From the NCBI GenBank assembly GCA_028280285.1, contig JANQMA010000024.1, forward strand, positions 117 to 64,116: a DNA stretch of 64,000 bases, read 5' to 3'. The notes under the pieces were generated by a model. It had not been told where the DNA came from, did no database searches, and was given only the letters and a program-made list of their open reading frames with translations. Made by a program: the position numbers and the translations under genes. This stretch comes from Candidatus Omnitrophota bacterium. GTDB lineage: Bacteria > Omnitrophota > Gorgyraeia > Zapsychrales > Zapsychraceae. Positions 1 through 7,446 of this stretch are shown here, piece by piece (within the stretch, counting starts at the first letter, position 1; every line of letters begins with the position of its first letter).

Positions 1-78
1 GTGAGCACCGCAGGTGCGAAACGAAAATCCTGCCCCCGCAACCAATTTTTCCTTGTGCTCCACGAGGAAAAAGATAAA

Positions 79-118
79 AACCCGTTCACTCCCCCCTGGG
101 AATGGACGGGTTTTTTGT
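79..118 (+). terminator. Rho-independent terminator-like hairpin (stem CCCGTTCA/TGGACGGG) followed by a T6 run, ending a gene that lies upstream of the window
   Basis: Inverted repeat 81-88/104-111, then tttttt at 112-117. Confidence 0.45.
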
Positions 119-173
119 GTTGAGGTAGAATTAAGTCTGTTGACGACATTTCCCTAATCTGTTTTAATACTTC

Positions 174-1172
174 ATGCCGCAAACACCTGCACCCATTAAA
201 TCTTATCATCAACTCTTAACTGCGATCCGCTCGACGGTAATGCAGTCGCGTAACACCATCGAGCGCACGTATGTCGCGATGTATTGGAATGTCGGACAGG
301 CGATTGATGCGTATATCAGTATCAACGGGCGCTTAAACGAAGACGGCACAACCGTTTTTAAACAACTCAGCGAAGATATTGAGGTCGATCAGCGCACGCT
401 GTATCAAGCGCATGATATGTACCGCGCTTATCCGCGTATTGATTACACATTGCCCTTAAGCTGGTCCCATTACCGGACACTCGCCCATATCAAATCGGCC
501 AAAGAGCGCAAGCGCTGGCAAGAGCGCATTATCCGCGAGAAATTAAGTGTGGCGCAGTTCAAGCAGGCCTTGCAGGCTCACGCAACGACGCAAAGTCAAA
601 AAAGGCCGCGTTCCGGGCGTCAACTCAAACCGATCAGGGGCAAGCTCTATCATTATCGTTTGATCAAGGCCGCGTCTATCAATCGACAACAAGATAAAAT
701 TGTCATTGATTGTGGTTTTAACAATCATGTCGACGTGCCGGCGTCATCGTTTGAACCGACGAATAAACGCATTGTGGCGTCCGTCAAAAACGATCGAGGA
801 TACTATACGATCAAACAAACCAAAGCAACCAAGGCCGATCTTTATACCTATATAGCTGCGGTGGAAAGGGTGGTCGATGGCGATACGCTCATTGTGTATA
901 TTGACTGCGGCTTTGGCATCTTTCGCCGGGAGCGCTTGCGCCTTAAACATGTCGACACACCCGAGATGACAACCATTGCCGGTAAACGCGCCAAAGCATT
1001 CGTAGAAAATGAACTGAAAAAATGCGCATTTGTGATCATCAATTCCTACTGGGAGGATGCCTACGGACGGTATTTGGCGGATCTATTTTTTCAGCCCGGT
1101 GAATCCGATCCGCATGTTGTGGCCGCCACCGGCATGCACCTCAACCAACTCCTATTGGATGAGGGCTGGTGA
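174..1172 (+). CDS. Nuclease-like fusion protein: DUF1016 (YhcG-type) N-terminal domain plus a staphylococcal-nuclease (SNase/thermonuclease)-like C-terminal domain
   Basis: The N-terminal ~145 aa carry the YhcG_N signature (YWNVGQ ... LSWSHYRTL). The C-terminus has the SNase motif VVDGDTLIVYIDCGFGIFRRERLRLKHVDTPEM. There is an internal partial duplication (KIVIDCGF / LIVYIDCGFGI). Confidence 0.7.
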   Translation: MPQTPAPIKSYHQLLTAIRSTVMQSRNTIERTYVAMYWNVGQAIDAYISINGRLNEDGTTVFKQLSEDIEVDQRTLYQAHDMYRAYPRIDYTLPLSWSHYRTLAHIKSAKERKRWQERIIREKLSVAQFKQALQAHATTQSQKRPRSGRQLKPIRGKLYHYRLIKAASINRQQDKIVIDCGFNNHVDVPASSFEPTNKRIVASVKNDRGYYTIKQTKATKADLYTYIAAVERVVDGDTLIVYIDCGFGIFRRERLRLKHVDTPEMTTIAGKRAKAFVENELKKCAFVIINSYWEDAYGRYLADLFFQPGESDPHVVAATGMHLNQLLLDEGW

Positions 1173-1177
1173 TCTAT

Positions 1178-1200
1178 TAAATAGTGCCAGGCACTATTTA
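1178..1200. repeat. REP-like palindrome, family 1 (TAAATAGTGCCaGGCACTATTTA), 5 nt after the stop codon
   Basis: Perfect 11-bp arms. The same palindrome recurs at 12588-12610, 22755-22775 (half-site), 29327-29337 (half-site), 48197-48218 (variant) and 49716-49744. Confidence 0.7.
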
Positions 1201-1210
1201 TACTTCAGTT

Positions 1211-1264
1211 AGAGCGGGCAAAGCTATGGGATTAAGGAGCAGGGAAACCTGCTCCTTTTTTTTA
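1211..1264 (+). terminator. Copy 1 of a ~55-bp direct repeat that ends in an intrinsic terminator (GGAGCAGG-gaaa-CCTGCTCC plus T9)
   Basis: Hairpin 1236-1255 and T-run 1256-1264. About 90% identical to 3381-3431. Confidence 0.6.
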
Positions 1265-1364
1265 ACTTTTCCGCCCCGTCATTTTTTGCTACACTGCCTG
1301 CGTGCCGAAAGCCTTAAGCAAAACAACGAAAACTTCTTACTAAAAATTCCTGCAAATAAATAAA

Positions 1365-2987
1365 ATGGACCAAACGTACATATTAACACCGCTACTGAAA
1401 CGAGCAGAAGAGCTTGATTTTACATTGAATGACCATTACGTGAATCTTCTTGAAGTGGGCCATGATGCATTACTGGCCCGTATTCACTTGATTCGCTCGG
1501 CTCAAAAAAGCATTTTAATCCAAACGTTTATTTGGCGTGATGATGAAGTGGGTTTAAAGATGCTTTTAGAGCTTTTTAAAGCGGCCAGACGCGGCGTTAA
1601 AGTCAAAATTCTTATTGATTACTGGGTGCTAAACAAAGAAAAAGGTCTTTTTAAATATATCAATTTTCAACACGAAAATTTTGAAATATTGATTTATAAC
1701 CCTTCCGGGAAAAGTCTTAAATTATCTGAATTAGAAATATTGCAGGCCGTCACCGTTGATTTTGAAAAGATCAATCATCGCATGCACAATAAAACATTTA
1801 TTATCGATGAGAAAATTGCTATTGTCGGTGGACGCAATTACGATAATATGTATTATGACCGTGGAAGTCGAATGAACTTCATTGATTTGGACCTTATGGT
1901 CATGGGTTGTGTTGTTAAAGATATACAGAAATCCTTTCATCTTTACCGGAATTGCGGCTTGTGCATCCGGCCTTTTGATTTTAAAGATATTGATCAAGAC
2001 TCTATTGATGTTTGCGAAGAGCGTCTGCAGAAAGCCTTTGCACGTTTTGCAGTGAATCTCTTTTCCGACTTGGATGCACAGCTGAGTGATGAAGCCTGCC
2101 TCAATGAAAAGTTTATTAAACCTGCCCTTAAAACCGATAAAATCCGTTTTGCTTATGACAAGCCGGAACTTGAATTTCGAATACAAGAAAGGCTTAACAG
2201 CGGCGTATTAAAAGATTTGGATGATTTGGTCCTTAATGCCAATGATTCTATACTGATACAGTCACCCTATTTTGTTTTAAGTCGTGAAGCGATTAAAGCG
2301 ATTAAAGAATTAGGGCGCACAAAGCCTAAACTTAAGATCACCGTTTCAACCAACAGTCTTGACGCTACAGATAATTTGTTAGCCTACGCCTTTTTAAATA
2401 AAGAAAAACATCTCTACACGAAAGATCTTAAAATCGATATTTTCGAAATGAAATCTAAACCAAACAATTTGAAAAAACTTGTTCATAATGATCTTTGGCA
2501 GAAAGGTAAGACAGAACATAAATATTTATGCATTCATGCCAAAGTGTTTATTATCGATAATCAAGTTTCATGTGTAGGAACCTATAATGCCGATGTGCGC
2601 TCTGAATATTTCAATACCGAGATTGCGTTAATCATTGATGATAAACACATCACGCAAGCCATAAAGCAAAGAATCACACAGTTAATGGAGCCCGTCAACA
2701 GCTGGACGGTTGCGCCCACCAAATATATACCCATTATCACAGAATTCAACGATCTTATGACCAAGCTATCCCACACGCTGCCGGTCATTGATCTGTGGCC
2801 GTTTCGCAATGTGAAATGCTATCAGTTAAAGGAAGGGCGAGCCCCTTTAGAAACCTTTCATCCTGATTTCCATATCCATTACCACCGGGTTGATCTACTT
2901 CCACAAGTCATGCGAAAACTAAAGGAAAAAAGAATAGTTGTCAGCCTGATTCAAATGTTCGGCCAGATCATTAAGCCGTTGGTCTGA
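1365..2987 (+). CDS. Phospholipase D superfamily protein with two HKD motifs (PLD nuclease / cardiolipin-synthase-like fold)
   Basis: HKD motif 1 is HRMHNKTFIIDEKIAIVGGRN and HKD motif 2 is HAKVFIIDNQVSCVGTYNAD. No obvious TM segments. Confidence 0.8.
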   Translation: MDQTYILTPLLKRAEELDFTLNDHYVNLLEVGHDALLARIHLIRSAQKSILIQTFIWRDDEVGLKMLLELFKAARRGVKVKILIDYWVLNKEKGLFKYINFQHENFEILIYNPSGKSLKLSELEILQAVTVDFEKINHRMHNKTFIIDEKIAIVGGRNYDNMYYDRGSRMNFIDLDLMVMGCVVKDIQKSFHLYRNCGLCIRPFDFKDIDQDSIDVCEERLQKAFARFAVNLFSDLDAQLSDEACLNEKFIKPALKTDKIRFAYDKPELEFRIQERLNSGVLKDLDDLVLNANDSILIQSPYFVLSREAIKAIKELGRTKPKLKITVSTNSLDATDNLLAYAFLNKEKHLYTKDLKIDIFEMKSKPNNLKKLVHNDLWQKGKTEHKYLCIHAKVFIIDNQVSCVGTYNADVRSEYFNTEIALIIDDKHITQAIKQRITQLMEPVNSWTVAPTKYIPIITEFNDLMTKLSHTLPVIDLWPFRNVKCYQLKEGRAPLETFHPDFHIHYHRVDLLPQVMRKLKEKRIVVSLIQMFGQIIKPLV

Positions 2988-3121
2988 GATTTTAACCGGT
3001 GGTTATAATAAGAGACAGCGCCTTAATTTCCCCTAACTGATAACCAATGCCCAATTGTTGTTACTGAGATTAAATAGTGCCATAAATAATGCATCGCAGT
3101 ATTTAACTATTTATTATTTTC

Positions 3122-3160
3122 TTGACAATACATACATTTGTGTGGTATAAAAAATACCCC
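3122..3160 (+). promoter_or_regulatory. Near-consensus sigma70 promoter (TTGACA-18-TATAAA with upstream TGTGTGG) driving the tRNA
   Basis: cTTGACAatacatacatttgtgtggTATAAAa. Shares TGTGTGGTATAAA with the promoter at 14076-14110. Confidence 0.5.
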
Positions 3161-3213
3161 CCCTAAGAAGTAAAATTCCATATAAGTTGTACGCTTATTT
3201 ATTGGCAGAAAGT

Positions 3214-3286
3214 ACCCCTATAGCTTAATTGGATAAAGCCCACTCTGGCGATGTTGGAGATGTGAGTTCGAGTCTCACTAGGGGTA
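3214..3286 (+). tRNA. tRNA gene with a clear cloverleaf: acceptor ACCCCTA/TAGGGGT, D-arm GCTT-AATTGGATA-AAGC, T-arm GTGAG-TTCGAGT-CTCAC. The anticodon arm pairs poorly when folded by hand, so the isotype is unresolved (possible GGC loop CTGGCGA)
   Basis: Manual fold. Conserved U8, A14, G18G19, A21 and the T-loop TTCGAGT are present. No CCA is encoded. The anticodon stem has only 3 of 5 pairs in the best register. Confidence 0.55.
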
Positions 3287-3380
3287 TAGTTTTTTCTGTC
3301 TACTTCGGGAAAGGGCCAGAGCTTTCCCGGAACAATATTTTCTTGAAAAATTATTTAGAATAGATATACTTAATATAGTC

Positions 3381-3431
3381 AGAGTGGGAAAAGCTATAGG
3401 ACAAGGAGCAGGGAAACCTGCTCCTTTTTTT
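3381..3431 (+). repeat. Copy 2 of the ~55-bp direct repeat with terminator (GGAGCAGGGAAACCTGCTCC plus T7). It is preceded by a sigma70-like promoter (TTGAAA 3343-3348, 16 nt, TATACT 3365-3370), making it a candidate ~55-nt sRNA
   Basis: Hairpin 3405-3424. Repeat of 1211-1264. The promoter spacing places the TSS at about 3377. Confidence 0.4.
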
Positions 3432-3509
3432 GTTCCACAATCGTTTAACTGTGTTATACTATCTCAATTATTCCCCCCTCGGTTTTCCCCTTAAACACAG
3501 GAGGAAAAC

Positions 3510-3584
3510 ATGTCTCAATTAATTCCCGAAGAAGTGGAATGGGAGTCTTTAAGATTCCAATTTGGAAGCTTAAAGCGAGGGTAA
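3510..3584 (+). CDS. 24-aa microprotein (MSQLIPEEVEWESLRFQFGSLKRG) with a strong SD (AGGAGGaaaacATG) and its own promoter-like TGtTATACT
   Basis: RBS spacing is ideal. The ORF is short and uncharacterised. Confidence 0.3.
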   Translation: MSQLIPEEVEWESLRFQFGSLKRG

Positions 3585-3602
3585 CACCCTAAATACTGAC
3601 CG

Positions 3603-3631
3603 TTGACAAAATCATATTTAAGTATTATACT
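3603..3631 (+). promoter_or_regulatory. Sigma70 promoter TTGACA-17-TATACT upstream of the Fic gene
   Basis: cgTTGACAaaatcatatttaagtatTATACT. A further TATAAT lies at 3675-3680. Confidence 0.5.
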
Positions 3632-3687
3632 AGTAGAAAATTAGTAGTTATTTTATCATAAATAATTGGTATATAATGGTTTAATAT

Positions 3688-4923
3688 ATGAATACTAATG
3701 AAAACATAGAAAAAGAATTTATTAATAAACGGTATCTAAGTAAAGAGGAAGTAGGATACCGTGTACCAAATAATCTCTCGCTGGAGGATTATTGGGGAAG
3801 CATCCAGAAGGCTCGACATCAGCGTGCTGTAAAAATGCCGTTTGAAGATCAGGAAAAGCATCCATTTTGGTTTGTACTAACTTCTTCTTTGCAGCAAAGT
3901 CTTCATGAGATTGATTCTTTAGGCAGAGACTCTATATATCGGTTGGTAAGAGAAGAAATTGAATCAGAAATGATTCAAGATTCATTAATGGAAGAGGCTG
4001 TCTTTTCCAGCGCTATTGAAGGCGCATTTTCCACGGTTAAACGCCTTAAGGAAATGGTGAATAAAAAACAAAGCCCGGAGGATATTAATGACAAGATGGT
4101 GTTTAATAATTATGAAGCCATGCAGTTTATTCTTAGAGAAAAACATAGAAATTTAGATATTGATCTTATTTTAGAACTACAAAAGATTGTCACAAAAGAT
4201 ACTATGGGCGAGGATGATGCAGCCTACTCCGGAAAATTTCGAGACGATTGGGTATACGTTAAAGACAAAAGAGACAGAGTGATTTATACTCCCCCCCATG
4301 CTGATCAAGTTTTACCTGCTATGGAAAAACTTGTTCAATGGATTAATCAGGAAAATGACGACGAATTTATTCACCCTATTATTAAAGCCGCATTTGTACA
4401 TCTTTACTTTGTCCATATTCACCCATTTTTTGATGGCAATGGAAGAACAGCGCGTGCGCTATTTTATTTTGATTTGATAAAAAATGAGTACGAATTTTTT
4501 AAATATTTCTCAATATCTGTTGCTGTTCAAAAAGCTAAAGGCAAATATTATAAAGCCATCCGTAATTCTGAAACACATGAAGGAGATTTTACATTTTTCC
4601 TTCTTTACATGGCAAAAACAATTCTTGAGTCTATTCATCTAGTTAAGTCAAGAATTGCACATCATTACCAAAAAGAATTGGTTATACAGCGCTTGAATAA
4701 GGAAGGCGTTTTATTAAATGGGCGACAAGAGAAATTTGTTAAACGTTTTTTTGTGATCGATCAACGGGTCATTACACTCAAGAAGTACCAGAGTTGGTTC
4801 AAAGTGGCTTACGAAACGGCTAGGCGCGATCTGGATGAGCTTTCGAAATGGAAGGTTTTAACGAAAGGAAAGCAAGGCAAGGCCTTCGTCTATCGCCCAA
4901 ATAATGAATTTGGCATTCAGTAA
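3688..4923 (+). CDS. Fic/Doc family protein (AMPylase-type), class II with an internal inhibitory motif
   Basis: Fic motif HPFFDGNGRTARAL. The N-terminal inhibitory helix motif S-x-x-x-E-G (FSSAIEGA) is on the same chain. Confidence 0.85.
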   Translation: MNTNENIEKEFINKRYLSKEEVGYRVPNNLSLEDYWGSIQKARHQRAVKMPFEDQEKHPFWFVLTSSLQQSLHEIDSLGRDSIYRLVREEIESEMIQDSLMEEAVFSSAIEGAFSTVKRLKEMVNKKQSPEDINDKMVFNNYEAMQFILREKHRNLDIDLILELQKIVTKDTMGEDDAAYSGKFRDDWVYVKDKRDRVIYTPPHADQVLPAMEKLVQWINQENDDEFIHPIIKAAFVHLYFVHIHPFFDGNGRTARALFYFDLIKNEYEFFKYFSISVAVQKAKGKYYKAIRNSETHEGDFTFFLLYMAKTILESIHLVKSRIAHHYQKELVIQRLNKEGVLLNGRQEKFVKRFFVIDQRVITLKKYQSWFKVAYETARRDLDELSKWKVLTKGKQGKAFVYRPNNEFGIQ

Positions 4924-5199
4924 TATATTAGTAATTCGATTTAACGTAAATCGTTGTTATATAGCAATTTGCGGGTATATTACTAATAACCTGTCAAACC
5001 GCGTATTGAAAAATCACATAGCGCTATTTTCCAAATATAACACTTTTCCACCATCTAGGTAGAATACTGTCTGTAGACGGGGTGCGGGTGTTCTGCTTAT
5101 AATAGCAGAATAATAACGGGGACATGTACAGCATTCGATTGATGAATTATGTACGTGTCCCCGGAATAAAAAAGCAAACACGACACCACAGCCCGGCTT

Positions 5200-6069
5200 A
5201 TGATAAACTTTCCTTACACCGACACAAAATTCTCAACCCTTACCAGCTATATCATGGCCTTATGCGCCCGGCGCGTCTATGATGATGACGCGGGTGCCAT
5301 TCAAACATTTTGCACCGACACACTCGGCACCAATCAATTCACATTTTTAAACCAAGGCGCCACCCAAGCCTTTGTGTGTGCGGATACGCGTTTTACCCTC
5401 ATTTGTTTTCGCGGCACGACGGATATTGATGATTGGATGACCAATATCAAGGCCAAGCTCATTGACGCGCCGATCGGCCGCGCGCATAAGGGATTCACCG
5501 AAGGGCTTGATGCCGTCTATCCGCAGATCCTTGATTTTATAAATCACCATGCACCCGCCCGCACACCGCTGTGGTTGTGTGGACACAGCCTAGGTGGTGC
5601 GCTCGCAACTCTCTGTGCGCTGCGTTTGAGGCTTAAACGCACAAACATTTGCGGGCTCTATACATTTGGCTCCCCGCGTGTGGTAGACGCAAACGCCGGC
5701 GATTATCTCGCGAGCGTCCTGCCGAACCGCATCTGGCGTTTTGTGAACAATGAAGACATCGTCACCCGTGTGCCGCCGGCATCCATGGGGTATGATCACC
5801 TCGGGCGCATCCGTTATTTTGATAATACAGGCGTGATGCACAAACACATGAGCTACTGGCGCCGGTTTAAAGATCGGGTGAACAGCATCGAGATGCGCGC
5901 CCGCGAGCGCTACCGTGTGCTCCGCCACAACTATCCCGACGGCGTGGCCGACCACAGCATGGACCGCTATATCGACCGCATTGTGCAGAACATGACCACG
6001 GATGAAAAATCCCAGGCCGCCCTCGCCCCCACGCAAGCCGGGGAGTTTTTGGAGTTTGTGAATGGGTGA
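5200..6069 (+). CDS. Class 3 lipase / alpha-beta hydrolase (Lipase_3 family)
   Basis: Nucleophile elbow CGHSLGGALATLCA. The gene is conspicuously GC-rich compared with its neighbours. Confidence 0.75.
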   Translation: MINFPYTDTKFSTLTSYIMALCARRVYDDDAGAIQTFCTDTLGTNQFTFLNQGATQAFVCADTRFTLICFRGTTDIDDWMTNIKAKLIDAPIGRAHKGFTEGLDAVYPQILDFINHHAPARTPLWLCGHSLGGALATLCALRLRLKRTNICGLYTFGSPRVVDANAGDYLASVLPNRIWRFVNNEDIVTRVPPASMGYDHLGRIRYFDNTGVMHKHMSYWRRFKDRVNSIEMRARERYRVLRHNYPDGVADHSMDRYIDRIVQNMTTDEKSQAALAPTQAGEFLEFVNG

Positions 6070-6129
6070 GGGGAATGTTCAATTAAATATACGAAGCCTC
6101 TTATTATTTAAAAAGAATAAAATTCTCTA

Positions 6130-6582
6130 ATGAAATTATCTTGGAAAAATTTTGTAGATATAACGACAATTATTTGGTTAATTATTTTTTTTGTTGGTTT
6201 TTACACAAACGAAAATGTTCAACGCATCTGTCTTATTTTTAATACTATTATTCTTTTTGTTTTTCTTTTAGATTTAATTTTCATTTATCGAAAATTTGGC
6301 CGTAAAAGAGATTTTATTAAAAATCATTGGTTTGATGTTATGATGATTATTCCATATTTTCGTATTTTTCGCATTGTTCGTAGTTTGAAGTTTTTAAAAG
6401 TGTTGAACAAATTAAAAGTGTTTAAATTTATTAAAAAATCTCGTATTTTAAGAGGAACTTGGATTGCGCATGAGGTTTCTGATTTAGGACGAACAATTAG
6501 GCAAAGATTTGGAAAACACAATTCTAATTTAAATAGTAATAAAATCTTTAGAGAAAGGAAACGACATGGCAGTAATACCTAA
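6130..6582 (+). CDS. Voltage-sensor-domain-like membrane protein (ion_trans S1-S4 only, no pore domain)
   Basis: Four TM segments. The S3-like segment NHWFDVMMIIPYF resembles the Kv S3 N-x-ID-x-AIIPYF. The S4-like segment RIFRIVRSLKFLKVLNKLKVFKF has a basic residue every third position. The C-terminal tail is basic. The 3' end overlaps the next gene by 17 nt. Confidence 0.55.
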   Translation: MKLSWKNFVDITTIIWLIIFFVGFYTNENVQRICLIFNTIILFVFLLDLIFIYRKFGRKRDFIKNHWFDVMMIIPYFRIFRIVRSLKFLKVLNKLKVFKFIKKSRILRGTWIAHEVSDLGRTIRQRFGKHNSNLNSNKIFRERKRHGSNT

Positions 6583-7378
6583 GAAAATAGTCGAACGTTT
6601 TACGAAGAATATTGTAAAATATCAGCGAGTTTTAAAGACGGCAAAAGATCAGGATGTTAACGAGACTGATACAGTTGCAATAATAAATGACATATTTTCA
6701 GATGTTTTTGGATATGATAAATATACAGAAATTACGAGTGAACTTTCAATTAGAGGGACGTTTTGTGATTTAGCTGTCAAGATCGATGACAAGTTTGCTT
6801 ATCTTATCGAGTGTAAAGCAATTGGACTTGATTTAAAAGATAACCACCTTAGACAGGCTGTTAATTATGGGGTAAATAAAGGAATTCAGTGGATTATTCT
6901 AACAAATGGTCATTTATGGAATTTGTATTATATTCGTTTCGAAAAACCTGTGACGCATGATTTGGTGGTTAGTATTGATTTGTTGAATATGAAACCAAAA
7001 GATAAAAAGACGATTGAGGATCTTTATTTGTTTTCTAAGGAGGGTTTAAATCGAAGTGTGCGAGAGGATTATTATGATAAAGTTAAGAGTGTGAACCGTT
7101 TCATTGTTGGTAATTTATTGTTGAGCGAGCCTGTTGTTAATATTGTACGTAAAGAGCTTAGAAAACTTGCAGAGGGAGTCAAAATTGAGCCGAATGAAAT
7201 ATTGGATATTATTCAAAGAGGTGTTTTAAAAAGAGATATTTTTGACGGTGAAGAGGCAAAAGAAGCCCAATCCAGGCTAAAAAAGTTTTTTAAGAAAAAT
7301 ACTCGGAAAAAGGTTAAAACGAAAACCAAAACTATTTCTCAAAAGTCATCCGAACCAGTGATGCAAGATGTCGAATAA
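6566..7378 (+). CDS. HsdR-N-terminal-like PD-(D/E)xK nuclease domain protein with a Lys-rich tail
   Basis: FCDLAV ... YLIECKA ... QWIILTNGHLWNLYY matches the type I restriction HsdR_N signature (D ... ExK ... lTNG). The tail KKNTRKKVKTKTKT is basic. Confidence 0.65.
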   Translation: MAVIPKKIVERFTKNIVKYQRVLKTAKDQDVNETDTVAIINDIFSDVFGYDKYTEITSELSIRGTFCDLAVKIDDKFAYLIECKAIGLDLKDNHLRQAVNYGVNKGIQWIILTNGHLWNLYYIRFEKPVTHDLVVSIDLLNMKPKDKKTIEDLYLFSKEGLNRSVREDYYDKVKSVNRFIVGNLLLSEPVVNIVRKELRKLAEGVKIEPNEILDIIQRGVLKRDIFDGEEAKEAQSRLKKFFKKNTRKKVKTKTKTISQKSSEPVMQDVE

Positions 7379-7446
7379 ATAATATCATTTTGAACTTGTC
7401 TCGATAAAATGGACACTATTTTTAGAAAAAGAAATAATTTATTTGT

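Noticed and set aside
1731-2186. 151-aa minus-strand ORF inside the PLD gene
   Set aside because: Antisense to a CDS with clear HKD motifs. Composition is low-complexity and hydrophobic
5590-6036. 148-aa minus-strand ORF inside the lipase gene
   Set aside because: A typical GC-rich antisense open frame (G/A/V/H-rich) with no motif
7380-7446. Possible promoter for the helicase gene (TTGAAC ... TAAAAT)
   Set aside because: The spacer is only about 9 nt, and the AT-rich background makes -10-like hexamers frequent. Not supportable
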